Counted from the first letter of the stretch, positions 10,034 through 23,072 are shown. The stretch is DNA of 64,000 nucleotides from Candidatus Bathyarchaeia archaeon (GCA_050010515.1 JBEKKX010000005.1:14698-78697), one strand, 5' to 3'. Program-made: numbers and translations. Notes: generated from the letters alone by a model not told the origin.

Positions 10034-10189
10034 ATGGCAGAGGCGAAGTTGATGGCAGAAAAAAATAAGCCTCGTTGCATGAACTGCGGAAACTTTATCG
10101 ACGATTGTAATTGTGTATGTCCATACTGCGGAGAGAAGGCAAAATGCACTTGCTGTATAGGCACCGATAAAGCAGCAGGCGGCGGGTAA
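10034..10189 (+). CDS. Cys-rich microprotein (51 aa, or 45 aa from ATG 10052)
   Basis: MAEAKLMAEKNKPRCMNCGNFIDDCNCVCPYCGEKAKCTCCIGTDKAAGGG*. Nine Cys; co-oriented between the ferritin-like gene and the oxidoreductase. Confidence 0.7.
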   Translation: MAEAKLMAEKNKPRCMNCGNFIDDCNCVCPYCGEKAKCTCCIGTDKAAGGG

Positions 10190-10229
10190 ATCATCCACTC
10201 TGTATAAAATTATTCAAAGGTGAAACAGC

Positions 10230-13110
<2,881 letters not shown>

Positions 13111-13361
13111 AAAAATAGTTGCCTCATAAAAGAGGCGTAAGAAGCCTCTCTTTTCTTACTTCCTTAAGTATCAATTTACCGCTTATAAAGCGCTATTTCC
13201 ACAATCGATATATGTCCAATAAAAAAGTGCTTTAGGCTTATTTCTGCTTCGTCGGAACAGCAGCATTTGCCCCCCCCCATATTTTGCGCCTTATTTTTTT
13301 GGAGTTAGCCAAGCTGGACTAGAAATAAACAGGGATGAGTGCCTTATTTTAATTATATTTA

Positions 13362-13539
13362 TGCGCAAGCCTTAACCCAACTAGTATTTACGCTAAAATA
13401 GGTTTTTTTGGGAAAAAAAGGTTTTTCTGGATTATTTTATTTTATCTTTTTTGTTTATTTTCTATGGAACTATTGTTGTCTCTATAGGCTATATTTCCAG
13501 TTTAATGTTGAATTAACTTATATATGCGCTAAATGTAGT
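13362..13539. repeat. About 180-bp dispersed repeat, copy 1 (nrdR upstream region)
   Basis: Co-linear similarity to 45312..45490, e.g. TGCGCAAGCCTTAACCYAACTAGTATTT, GTCTCTATAG and CTTATATATGC. Confidence 0.85.
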
Positions 13540-13573
13540 GTGTAGAATAGCTTGTTGACACTACATATATAAC
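13517..13573 (+). promoter_or_regulatory. TATA box plus two tandem NrdR boxes
   Basis: CTTATATA at 13517. GCGCTAAATGTAGTGT (13526-13541) and ACACTACATATATAAC (13558-13573) match acaCwAtATaTwGtgt at 12/16 and 11/16, with starts 32 bp apart. Confidence 0.75.
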
Positions 13574-13594
13574 AAAGCACGAGTATGTTAACCT

Positions 13595-14041
13595 ATGAGA
13601 TGTCCCTACTGCAACTCTGAAAATTCCAAAACCTTAGAAACGCGCGATTCCCCAGAGAATACTACGCGCAGACGCAGAGAATGCATCAGTTGCGGAAAAC
13701 GCTTCACGACCTACGAGTACGTGGAAACCGTGGAGCTTATGGTGAGAAAAAAAGACGGCAGGCTTGAACGCTTCGATGTTAACAAGATGATCCGTGGCTT
13801 GCAGAAAGCATGCGAGAAAAGGCCTGTAACCATGAATCAAATCAACGAGTTAGCAGATCAAGTGAGGCAGGACGTTATGCTTAAAGGCACTGAGGAAGTC
13901 TCATCCCAAGAAATCGGAGATTTAGTCATGAAGCACCTAAAAAAAGTCGACCGCATAGCATACATTCGGTTTGCTTCAGTTTACAAGAAGTTTGAAGAGC
14001 CTGAGGACTTCAGGCGGTTACTCCTTGAGGTGAAAAAATGA
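13595..14041 (+). CDS. nrdR: Transcriptional repressor NrdR
   Basis: MRCPYC...RRRRECISCGKRFTTYE zinc ribbon, ATP-cone, AYIRFASVY. Confidence 0.97.
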   Translation: MRCPYCNSENSKTLETRDSPENTTRRRRECISCGKRFTTYEYVETVELMVRKKDGRLERFDVNKMIRGLQKACEKRPVTMNQINELADQVRQDVMLKGTEEVSSQEIGDLVMKHLKKVDRIAYIRFASVYKKFEEPEDFRRLLLEVKK

Positions 14042-16164
14042 AGTTTGTATTAAAACGTGATAGTAAATTAGAATCCTTCGACCAAGAACGTATAACAAAC
14101 GCTATTTGGAAAGCCGCTAAAGCAGTAGGCGGAAGAGACAAAGAGCTAGCAAAACGCTTAAGCGACGAAGTAGTGGCTGAACTGCAAAAAATTTACGGCG
14201 ACGACGGAGTGCCTACAGTTGAGGAAATCCAAGATGTCGTTGAAAAACGTTTAATTGAAAACGGACATGCACAAACGGCGAAAGCGTACATTCTCTATAG
14301 GAAACAGCATACTGACATGCGTGAGTTAGCAGCATTGCTGAGCTCCTCAGACATGGTGGACCAGTACCTTGAGGTTGAGGACTGGCGGGTTAAAGAAAAC
14401 AGCAATATGAGCTATTCCCTGCAGGGATTGAACAATTATCTATCATCCACTGTGATAGCTAAGTACTGGATATCAAGGATTTACCCCAAAAATATTGCTG
14501 ATGCACACTTTTCAGGCGACATGCATATTCACGATTTAGGCGTATTAGGAGCATACTGTGTCGGCTGGGATGTAAGCGAGCTACTGCTTTCAGGATTCGG
14601 CGGTGTATCAGGTAAAATTGAGAGCAAACCTGCCAAACATTTTCGCACAGCATTGGGTCAGGTTGTGAACTTTTTCTATACGTTGCAGGGTGAAGCAGCA
14701 GGAGCACAGGCGTTTAGCAACTTTGATACTTACCTTGCTCCATTCATAAGATATGATAAATTGACACAGAAGGAGGTTGAGCAGGCACTTCAGGAATTTT
14801 TCTTCAACATGAACGTGCCGACCCGTGTGGGTTTCCAGACACCGTTTACAAATTTAACGTTAGATCTGACTGTGCCAGACTTCATGAAGAACGAGGCGGT
14901 TCTTTTCAATGGAAGGATAACCCAAGACACATACGGCGACATGACTAAGGAAATGGAAATGTTCAATTTAGCCTTCGCAGAAGTCATGCGGCAAGGCGAT
15001 TCGAAAGGCAGAGTTTTCACTTTCCCAATTCCCACGTACAACATAACTAAAGATTTCAATTGGGATTCACCTGTAGCCCAAGCCCTCTTTGAAGTCACAG
15101 CCAAGTATGGTGTGCCGTACTTCTCGAACTTTGTTAACAGTGACATGAAACCTGAAGATGTGCGCAGTATGTGCTGCCGCCTAAGAATAGACAACCGCGA
15201 GTTACGCAAACGGGGCGGCGGATTCTTCGGCGCCAACCCATTAACAGGCAGCATAGGCGTTGTTACCTTGAACATTCCAAGAATCGGCTACTTATCCAAG
15301 GATGAGGACGAATTCTTTGAGCGTTTAGAAAACCTGATGGAAGTTGCAAAATCAAGTTTGGAAATTAAGCGTAAAGTTCTTGAAGCGTTTACAGATAACG
15401 GTTTATACCCGTATTCACGGCGTTACCTGCATCATGTGAAAGAAGGCTATGGCAAGTATTGGAAGAACCACTTTTCCACAATAGGCATAGTAGGAGTGAA
15501 TGAAGCAATCATAAACTTGCTAGGGCAAAATATTGCATCGCATGATGGACAAGCTTTCGCCGTTAAAATGTTAAATTTCATGCGGAACCATTTAGCAGAT
15601 TATCAAGAGGAAACAGGCAGCATCTACAATCTCGAAGCAACCCCTGCTGAAGGTACATCTTACAGGCTTGCCCGCATAGACAAACGCCGATACAAAGACA
15701 TTATATTCGCTAACCAAAAACAAGTAATCGCAGACCATGCAGAACCATTCTACACAAATTCTTCCCAGCTACCTGTTGACTTTGCCGGCGACCTCTTCGA
15801 AGCGCTGGAGCATCAAGAAACTTTGCAGACGCTCTACACTGGAGGTACCGTGTTTCACATTTTCCTTGGTGAGAGGCTTAACTCCTGGAAATCTGCCGCC
15901 GAATTAATCAAAAAAGTAGCTTGGAACTCAAAGCTGCCCTACTTCACGTTAACGCCGACTTTCAGTGTTTGCCCAACCCACGGCTACACAAACGGCGAAC
16001 ACAAGCAATGCCCAACCTGCGGAGCAAACTGCGAAGTTTATTCACGAGTAGTCGGCTACCTACGGCCAGTTGACCAATGGAATGATGGAAAACAAGCAGA
16101 ATTCGCAATACGCAAAACCTTCGACCGATCAACCATAATGACTCCAGCATCCTTAACAGCTTAA
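14038..16164 (+). CDS. nrdD: Class III anaerobic ribonucleoside-triphosphate reductase
   Basis: N-terminal ATP-cone, HIHDL, RSMCCRL, TPAEG, C-terminal zinc site and YSRVVGYL glycyl-radical loop. Confidence 0.96.
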   Translation: MKFVLKRDSKLESFDQERITNAIWKAAKAVGGRDKELAKRLSDEVVAELQKIYGDDGVPTVEEIQDVVEKRLIENGHAQTAKAYILYRKQHTDMRELAALLSSSDMVDQYLEVEDWRVKENSNMSYSLQGLNNYLSSTVIAKYWISRIYPKNIADAHFSGDMHIHDLGVLGAYCVGWDVSELLLSGFGGVSGKIESKPAKHFRTALGQVVNFFYTLQGEAAGAQAFSNFDTYLAPFIRYDKLTQKEVEQALQEFFFNMNVPTRVGFQTPFTNLTLDLTVPDFMKNEAVLFNGRITQDTYGDMTKEMEMFNLAFAEVMRQGDSKGRVFTFPIPTYNITKDFNWDSPVAQALFEVTAKYGVPYFSNFVNSDMKPEDVRSMCCRLRIDNRELRKRGGGFFGANPLTGSIGVVTLNIPRIGYLSKDEDEFFERLENLMEVAKSSLEIKRKVLEAFTDNGLYPYSRRYLHHVKEGYGKYWKNHFSTIGIVGVNEAIINLLGQNIASHDGQAFAVKMLNFMRNHLADYQEETGSIYNLEATPAEGTSYRLARIDKRRYKDIIFANQKQVIADHAEPFYTNSSQLPVDFAGDLFEALEHQETLQTLYTGGTVFHIFLGERLNSWKSAAELIKKVAWNSKLPYFTLTPTFSVCPTHGYTNGEHKQCPTCGANCEVYSRVVGYLRPVDQWNDGKQAEFAIRKTFDRSTIMTPASLTA

Positions 16165-16178
16165 GAGGAAATGTAAAA

Positions 16179-16856
16179 ATGAAGTTTAGTGGATTACAAA
16201 AAACAAGCCTTCTCGACTACCCCGATAAAGTAGCCAGCGTGCTGTTCACTCCAGGCTGCAACCTGCGTTGCCCGTTCTGCCATAACTGGCGCATAGCCGT
16301 AAATCCGCAACCGCCGTTTCTGCAGGAAGCCGCTGCATTAGAAATCTTAGAAAACCGCAAAAAATACATTGACGCAGTAGTGGTAACTGGCGGAGAACCA
16401 TGCATGCATAAGGAGTTGCCGAAATTCCTCGCTAAGCTTAAGGAACACGGTTTTATGGTTAAATTGGACACGAACGGTTTCTATCCAGAAGTGCTTGAGG
16501 AATGCCTTGGCAGCGTAGATTACGTAGCTATGGACGTAAAAACCTGCAAAGAAAAATACAAGTTGCTCGGCGCTGAAGACACAACTGGACTTATACGAAC
16601 CATGGAAATCTTAAAGACGGGCAAGGTGCCCTACGAGTTCAGAACAACCATGGTGCCAGAAATAGTCACAGCCCAAGATGCCACATGCATCGGCGAACTA
16701 GTAAAAGGCTCAAAAAACCATGCACTCCAACAATTCATTCCAGAGGATACGCTAGATAAGAGATTCCAAACTCTCAAGCCTTACGCACCGGAAACAATCA
16801 ACGACTTCGCAGAAATAATACGCAGATACACAGAAAATGTTTTCCTTCGAATCTAA
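16179..16856 (+). CDS. nrdG: Anaerobic RNR activating radical SAM enzyme
   Basis: GCNLRCPFCHN, TGGEP and KLDTNG motifs; directly follows nrdD. Confidence 0.95.
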   Translation: MKFSGLQKTSLLDYPDKVASVLFTPGCNLRCPFCHNWRIAVNPQPPFLQEAAALEILENRKKYIDAVVVTGGEPCMHKELPKFLAKLKEHGFMVKLDTNGFYPEVLEECLGSVDYVAMDVKTCKEKYKLLGAEDTTGLIRTMEILKTGKVPYEFRTTMVPEIVTAQDATCIGELVKGSKNHALQQFIPEDTLDKRFQTLKPYAPETINDFAEIIRRYTENVFLRI

Positions 16857-16995
16857 ATTTGAGAAACTATCTCTTAAATAATCTCATAATTTTTTGAATT
16901 AGAAGCATATACTTAGTTTTTCGAGGCTAGCATGAGAGCTAGTCCAAAATGTCATTCTTCTTTTCATTAACCTGAACTTTCTTTGTGTTTCTTTT

Positions 16996-17376
16996 TCACG
17001 GGTAGAGTTCTAGTCCGAAGTCTTGAAAAGCGTTAAAGTGTTTTTGATTGAATGTGTATAGTTTTGCTCCGTTGTTAATTGCTATGGCTGCAATCATTGC
17101 GTCAGTTCTGCAGGCGTTTTTTCCTTTCTTTTCTACTTCGAGTTCAATTTTGCTAGAGAGCACCGCATCTTTTTTGGTGTAGCTTAGAATTGGGAGCAAA
17201 AGAAGCTCTTTGACGGGTTTGCCGTATTTGTTTAAGCCGAACAAAACTTCGTGCAGACTAATAACTGTCGTTGCTATCTCTTCTCCACTTTCAATAGTCT
17301 GCTTAAGGGCTTGGTCGCCTTTTACGGATTTTTTATCTAAAATTTCAATTAGGGCATCTGAGTCGAGGATTATCAA
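16996..17376 (-). CDS. vapC: VapC PIN-domain toxin
   Basis: IILDSD, E in ISLHE, DAMIAA, TFNQKHF. Confidence 0.9.
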   Translation of the reverse strand: MIILDSDALIEILDKKSVKGDQALKQTIESGEEIATTVISLHEVLFGLNKYGKPVKELLLLPILSYTKKDAVLSSKIELEVEKKGKNACRTDAMIAAIAINNGAKLYTFNQKHFNAFQDFGLELYP

Positions 17377-17585
17377 TTTCTTTTTTCAGCTCTTTTAGAG
17401 TAAAGTTCTGAAAGCATCATTTCTTTATCTGTGAATTCAACTTTGCCTCTGAGTTTCTTTAGCGTTTCAACAGGTGCTGTGCACTCAACCAGCCTGTCAA
17501 ATAACTCACTAAAGCTCTCGTCTTTTCCCTTAATGGTTAACAGTTTCCCATAGACTTCGTCTCTAATGGTGATAGTTTTTACCAT
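17373..17585 (-). CDS. vapB: VapB antitoxin (archaeal type)
   Basis: MVKTITIRDEVY...K...ESFSEL; overlaps vapC by 4 nt. Confidence 0.85.
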   Translation of the reverse strand: MVKTITIRDEVYGKLLTIKGKDESFSELFDRLVECTAPVETLKKLRGKVEFTDKEMMLSELYSKRAEKRN

Positions 17586-17899
17586 AACGAACCACATAAT
17601 CACATGTTTAAACATACATTTAAACATACTTAATTACGTTAGCTAATTGGAATAATCGGAAAGAGAATAAGAAATAGAAAGAAAGTTTGGGTTTGGGATT
17701 AAATTTTAGTCTCCAGACCCAAATGTATTGGCAAGTGTCCGATAATTACCCTTCCGAGTGCGAAATCAATTATTATCGGCTTATTTTTGGGTATTATTGC
17801 AAAAACTAAAAGCAATTGAAACAATATTTGACACGATGGGTCTCTGATGCTTGAGAAGACATTGAAAACCTCTTGCTGAGCATTCAAGGTCTCGTTTAT

Positions 17900-18421
17900 T
17901 TATTTATGTGGGTTCTTGTTTTCTGTTTTGTGCATCAGGTTAAGTGCTTCAACTCTATAGTGTAAAATATCGTCAAGTTTTATGCGTAAAAATATCTCCT
18001 CTATCTTTAGAAAGTCTGAATTGGGATTGTACTTTTCTTTACATTCAAGGTCGCACACTCTTTGAGCGTAGAAAACATGGTCTAGTGGAACTACAAGGAC
18101 CAAGATGGAATCACTCCAAAATTCCTTGTAGATATTCATCTTTCTTTGCTCGATATATGGGGTTTCTGAATTCCGCATTTTTACTTCGACAAGCATAAGG
18201 TCTCTTTTCTCGTCATCATAAACAAGTAAGTCGGGGGACGACCTTATTCTGCGCATTGTCGGCGAATTCTTTGTTTCTTTGGAAAATAGTTTGTCTCTAA
18301 TATCTGCAAGAGTGCTTTCATAACCATATGGATAGACGCTGTAACCCGACTTTTGCAGTAAAACCTTGATTAAACCTTTTGTAGTTTCGCCTTTGAACAT
18401 TGAATCATGAAAGTCGTCCAA
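17900..18421 (-). CDS. PD-(D/E)XK nuclease-fold protein
   Basis: SPDLLV...LVEVKMR motif. Confidence 0.7.
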   Translation of the reverse strand: MDDFHDSMFKGETTKGLIKVLLQKSGYSVYPYGYESTLADIRDKLFSKETKNSPTMRRIRSSPDLLVYDDEKRDLMLVEVKMRNSETPYIEQRKMNIYKEFWSDSILVLVVPLDHVFYAQRVCDLECKEKYNPNSDFLKIEEIFLRIKLDDILHYRVEALNLMHKTENKNPHK

Positions 18422-18783
18422 TCCAATACTTCCTAAGGTTAATCAACCAACTTAGTTTATAACTCCTCTGCATTAGCGCAAAAACTAGGGTTTGTTGTTC
18501 ATATCTGTTTAAGCGTTTTTGAGCATGTTAAGTTCAACTGTTTGGGTTTAGGCCTAAAATTTTAGGTCTGAACTGCACAATAAAGCCTAAAACACCTGTT
18601 ATTGTGCAGAACCATTCTTCACTGTTGCAAACTTCCTCTCCCATACCAATTAAACAACACTTCGTAAGCTTAAGTTCACGAGAGAGAGGATATTGCTCCA
18701 AATGTGATTTCAGCCCAGATGCTTTCGTGCTAAGTTATGGTTTAGAGTGGATTTAACAAACGCTTTTTTATATGGTTTAATTA

Positions 18784-20469
18784 ATGCTTTGTCTAAGAGG
18801 CGAGAGGCTGTCCATTAAACAATCAAGCACGTCGCAAGGCGCAAAGCAACAATTGGCTAGCACCTCTGCAGTGTTTCGGCTAAAACTTGCAATCAAAGCT
18901 AACAAGTGGCGGCTGGCTTTCCTCGCTTTCGCCATAATCTACGCTTATCTGGTTACGTTAAGTCTGGGCTATATGTCAACGCAATGGGACGAGATGCCTC
19001 ACTTGTACGGCGCCTTACTTTTAACTCGAGGGCAAACTTGGTCGTATTTGACGACATACGGTTATTACCCGCCGCTTTTAGATATCCTGACAACTGGCTA
19101 CATACAGATTTTCGGTGTAACCTCCGTTGCAGGAAGATTAGTTTCCGTAACCTTTTCCCTGCTTGCCCTGTGGATTGTATTCGAGTTTTGCAACAAGATA
19201 TATGGACCGAAAAATGCTCTACTCGCAAGTATTTTACTTGGCACAATGCCCGGGTTCTTTTGGCTTTCAAGGGTAACAATGCTAGAGACAATGCTCATAT
19301 TCTTTTTCACATTGGTAATGTTCTTTTTTTACTCTTGGATAATTAAGAATAGTAACAAAGCGCTTCTTTTCAGCGGCCTAGCCCTAGGAATAGGTATTCT
19401 TGCGGAATACGAAATTGTGGTTGCAGCCGTAGCAATGGTAGCAAGCGTCCTGTTCTTTTGCAGAAAAAGGTTGAAGATAAGCTTGGCAAAGCTCATAATC
19501 CTACTTATAATAGTAGTTTTGGTGGCGGCGCCTTGGTTTTTAATGGTGTACCAGGCTGATGGTTCAACAAAATTTCAAACTTTACAGCATGTTCTGCAGG
19601 GAGGTGATGAAAACCGGCCAGTGTACAGCAACAGATTTTTTTCTCCAGTGTTCTACTTGATTGAAATGACTTGGCCCTTTAATGGTGCCCCTGTTAATCC
19701 CATCTCGTTGCCCATTTTCATTTTAGGTCTATGCGGTTTAGCGTTGTTTGCTTACCGAAGGAAAAAACAAGATGTCTTCTTATTTACCTGGTTTATAGTC
19801 GTTTATGTTTTCTTTACTATTATTCCAAACAGGCAATGGCGTTACGTGACCCCGCTTTTCCCGATTTTAGCTATTTCAGCAGCGTGCTTCATCATGTTTC
19901 TCTATGGCAAAATTCATGCGTGGAAGCCCAAGCAGCTAGGTCTCAGCGGAGAACGCTTTAAGAAGTTTGCAGCGGCATTTTTCATTATTATTGTGGCATC
20001 AACGATTTTTTACAGTAGTTATAATGCGTATGAGATGACTGCCCGAGATCAAGTTGACATTCCTATACAACAGACAACAAACTACTTGGCTGGTCACTTG
20101 GGGCAAAACCAGTCAGCGGTGATTGTTTGCGCCTTTAACCTTTTAGACCAAGATATGTTTCGGTTTTACCTGCCCGCAAACATGTCAGAATACCAGATTT
20201 GGCAGTATCCAGAGTTAGCCGTTGACGCCTACACGCCTAACTTTAACATAACAGAATTCGTAAACCTATGTGAACAAAACAACGTCAAATACATAATTCT
20301 TTACGATTATGGATCTAGCACACAGTTTTACAACACAACCTTAACCTATTCAGATATACTCCAAATGATTGCCAATACACAGAGGTTCGGTGTCCCAACA
20401 GATCAGCCTTTCTTTGGCCAAATGCCACACAGGCTTTTCCTAGTCCGTTTCAATCAAACCCAAACCTAA
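18784..20469 (+). CDS. PMT/ArnT-type (GT-C) membrane glycosyltransferase
   Basis: WDE..H, YPPL, many TM helices, RY..P motif. Paralog of 53491..55029. Confidence 0.85.
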   Translation: MLCLRGERLSIKQSSTSQGAKQQLASTSAVFRLKLAIKANKWRLAFLAFAIIYAYLVTLSLGYMSTQWDEMPHLYGALLLTRGQTWSYLTTYGYYPPLLDILTTGYIQIFGVTSVAGRLVSVTFSLLALWIVFEFCNKIYGPKNALLASILLGTMPGFFWLSRVTMLETMLIFFFTLVMFFFYSWIIKNSNKALLFSGLALGIGILAEYEIVVAAVAMVASVLFFCRKRLKISLAKLIILLIIVVLVAAPWFLMVYQADGSTKFQTLQHVLQGGDENRPVYSNRFFSPVFYLIEMTWPFNGAPVNPISLPIFILGLCGLALFAYRRKKQDVFLFTWFIVVYVFFTIIPNRQWRYVTPLFPILAISAACFIMFLYGKIHAWKPKQLGLSGERFKKFAAAFFIIIVASTIFYSSYNAYEMTARDQVDIPIQQTTNYLAGHLGQNQSAVIVCAFNLLDQDMFRFYLPANMSEYQIWQYPELAVDAYTPNFNITEFVNLCEQNNVKYIILYDYGSSTQFYNTTLTYSDILQMIANTQRFGVPTDQPFFGQMPHRLFLVRFNQTQT

Positions 20470-20471
20470 CA

Positions 20472-20918
20472 CTAGCCGATTTCTAAAAATTCAAAACCCG
20501 TCTCCTTGTTTTTAGCTCTTTTAGCTGCAGAACCAGCCAGTTCCAAAATGACTACTTCGCCTATTTGCCATACATCAACTCCCATGCGCACGCAGCCCGT
20601 AACCGCCGTGTCATTTCTTCCAAAGCTTGCATGCATATGCAGTTTCGGTTTACCATGCTCATCGGCGAAGATTGTTCCCACACCGCAGCTTTCATGGACT
20701 CCCTTCAAAAGCGTGACCATCGGTTCAGGAGGAAGAGCTGTTCCGTCTTTAGGTCCCACGACAACTTTGCTTTTGTCTTCTGCGCCGCCTAAAAAGAAGC
20801 ACAATGCACTTGAAACTTGCTTTTCGGCAGCAAATTTTTCTATAACTTCATGTAAGCGCTCGCCTTGGTGGAGTCTGAGTATGAAGATTCTTCCGAGTTT
20901 GGCTTCGGTATAGTTCAA
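20472..20918 (-). CDS. PPC-domain (DUF296) protein
   Basis: RL..GE, LHMHASFG, GC and E motifs. Confidence 0.85.
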   Translation of the reverse strand: MNYTEAKLGRIFILRLHQGERLHEVIEKFAAEKQVSSALCFFLGGAEDKSKVVVGPKDGTALPPEPMVTLLKGVHESCGVGTIFADEHGKPKLHMHASFGRNDTAVTGCVRMGVDVWQIGEVVILELAGSAAKRAKNKETGFEFLEIG

Positions 20919-21020
20919 GGTTTTGCCCCTTTTTTCATCAAAACTGATGCGTAGTCAAATATAAAAGACTTCAACTTTGGCAAAAGTGTTCGGATATTAG
21001 AGAAGCAAACCTTTTGTGAT

Positions 21021-21170
21021 TTATATCCTGTTTAAGTAGAGAATCTCTTTTGCATCTTCTTTTCGTTTCTGCGCAGGCACGTTTGATGTGCCGTCATCCG
21101 TTGTTATAACTGCGTTTTCGGCGGCCATCTGGCAGTTTGAAAGGTGCCTTGCTTTATCTTTCTGAGACAT
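21021..21170 (-). CDS. Small hypothetical protein (49 aa)
   Basis: MSQKDKARHLSNCQMAAENAV...LNRI*, with a GAGGTTGA RBS-like and a TATA-like sequence upstream. Confidence 0.4.
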   Translation of the reverse strand: MSQKDKARHLSNCQMAAENAVITTDDGTSNVPAQKRKEDAKEILYLNRI

Positions 21171-21313
21171 ATTTTTCAACCTCTTGAAGAGTCCAGACAA
21201 CTTAAAGTAAGCTTATAAATGTTATCCCGATTTTAAAAGCTTTATGAATCAATAATTTATTGTTAATAAAAATTATGAATATGGATTGATTATGTTTAAA
21301 CAGCATTTCTTAA

Positions 21314-21910
21314 TCAGCGTTTGAAACGGTCGTTTCGCCACACGTCCGCGCTGTCACTGTACCCTCTTCGTTCCCAGAAGCCTAACTCTTTGCCGCGAGT
21401 AAACCGCAAATGCACCACCCACAACGCACTCTTATACGCATACTTGTTTGGCACTACAAGGCGCACTGGAAAACCGTACCCTTCCTCCAACACTTCCCCA
21501 TTTAGTTTGTAAGCTAAAAGCACATCACTGCCATAGAGTTCTTCTCGGAAAAGCGAAGTGGTATACGAGTCAGCGCATTCAAAAGTTACACTTTTAGCAA
21601 CATCTTTAGGCTTAACAAGCTTCTCGATTTCTCGAATGTGGACGCCCTCCCATTTACAATCTCGAACGCTCCAGCCCTCAACGCAATGAAAATCGCTGAT
21701 TGAGACGGTTTTGGGTAACTTCATGAAGTCATTCCAGCTTAGTTCCACTGGATTTTCTACTTCGCCATCGATTGTTAGTGTGTAGGTTTCAAGTTTGAGC
21801 TGTGGGTTAGTTGAGGTTATGCCTGGATGGTCAATGCCCCACCGTAAAAGGTGGTCGGTAGCCTCTTGGTTGGGCGGCAGTTTTCTTTTCTTTTGTTCTT
21901 CGCTAGACAA
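21314..21910 (-). CDS. Molybdopterin-dependent oxidoreductase (sulfite oxidase/MsrP-like)
   Basis: DFHCVEGWS, W.GV, GFPVRLVVP..YAYKS..W, GFWE.RGY. Confidence 0.9.
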   Translation of the reverse strand: MSSEEQKKRKLPPNQEATDHLLRWGIDHPGITSTNPQLKLETYTLTIDGEVENPVELSWNDFMKLPKTVSISDFHCVEGWSVRDCKWEGVHIREIEKLVKPKDVAKSVTFECADSYTTSLFREELYGSDVLLAYKLNGEVLEEGYGFPVRLVVPNKYAYKSALWVVHLRFTRGKELGFWERRGYSDSADVWRNDRFKR

Positions 21911-21964
21911 AATTTTGACCCCACTTAAAATGGGTTTACAGGGAGAAAAAGTTTTCTTTGGTGG

Positions 21965-23068
21965 TTAGCTTGTTTGGAAAAAGCTTGTCAGCTGTTTTTG
22001 CTGCGGTTCTTCCCTGCTGAAGCCTGAGACTTTCACTCCGACTCTTCGAACTTCAAGCTGGGTTTCGCTTAGGAATTTTCCGAATAGTTCTTTTACGTTT
22101 TTCTTGATTGTCTCTGGGTCTTTTGCTGGTTGCTCAAGTGTTATTGACCTGCTTTTACTGCTTAAATCAGTCAGGACCACGTAAATTGCAACTTGCTTAA
22201 AGCTCAAGTTCTTATCCGCTAGTTCCTTGGAGACATCATCTGTTAATTCATCTGTTTTCTGCAAAATAAACGCCAAATCCTTTGTGTCCTGCTTTAATGT
22301 GCCGATTCTGCTTATGGATTCGGCTTCCCCTTGCTCTTGAACAGGTTCATTATCAACCGCGTTAGCAGCATTATGAAAATAGACACCGAGAGTTCTGCCG
22401 AATATGTCTATGAGTTTTTGCACGTCATAATTTGCTAAGTCGCCAACTGTTTTGATTCCTAAGGAATCCATTCTTGCCGAAGTCTTCTTCCCGACACCTA
22501 AGAGTCGATCCACAGGCAACGACGAAAAAAAACTCTTAGCTTCTTCAGGTTTTACAATTGTTAAGCCGTTTGGTTTTTGGCTGTCACAAGCAATTTTAGA
22601 GACAAGCTTGTTGGGTCCAACTCCCACGGAGAAAGAAATGCCGACCTGTTTGGTGACTTCATTTTTCATTTTTTGAGCGTAATCTTTTGCTTTCTCGAAG
22701 CTGCCTTGAACTTGCTCTGTAACATCCAAGTAAGCTTCATCAACGCTGACTTGCTCCAGACTGCTTGCGTAGCCGCGGAGAATCTGCATTATCCTGTTGC
22801 TTATTTGGTCGTAGTACTCGTGGTCAACTGGCAGAAAAACTGCATCTGTGCCTTCTAGTTTCCGCTTAGCAAGGAAGAGGGGCATGCCAGATTTAACGCT
22901 GTATTTTCTAGCAATGTAGTTGCTGGTGCTTACTGCTCCGCTTTCCTCTGTGCGTCCTGAATAAACGCCTACGACAACTGGCTTGTCTTTCAGGGTTGGG
23001 TTGCGTAGCTCCTCGCATTGCGCATAGAAATAGTCGAAATCAACCAGCATGACGACACGGTTTTGCAT
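21965..23068 (-). CDS. dinB: DNA polymerase IV (Y family)
   Basis: VDFDYFYAQ, SNY.AR, SVDEAYLD, K..SKIA, KPNG. Confidence 0.95.
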   Translation of the reverse strand: MQNRVVMLVDFDYFYAQCEELRNPTLKDKPVVVGVYSGRTEESGAVSTSNYIARKYSVKSGMPLFLAKRKLEGTDAVFLPVDHEYYDQISNRIMQILRGYASSLEQVSVDEAYLDVTEQVQGSFEKAKDYAQKMKNEVTKQVGISFSVGVGPNKLVSKIACDSQKPNGLTIVKPEEAKSFFSSLPVDRLLGVGKKTSARMDSLGIKTVGDLANYDVQKLIDIFGRTLGVYFHNAANAVDNEPVQEQGEAESISRIGTLKQDTKDLAFILQKTDELTDDVSKELADKNLSFKQVAIYVVLTDLSSKSRSITLEQPAKDPETIKKNVKELFGKFLSETQLEVRRVGVKVSGFSREEPQQKQLTSFFQTS

Positions 23069-23072
23069 CCAA

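Noticed and set aside
17143-17159. 17-bp match between vapC (minus strand) and the island right-end repeat
   Set aside because: It lies inside an intact coding region; one such match is plausible by chance in an AT-rich 64-kb window.
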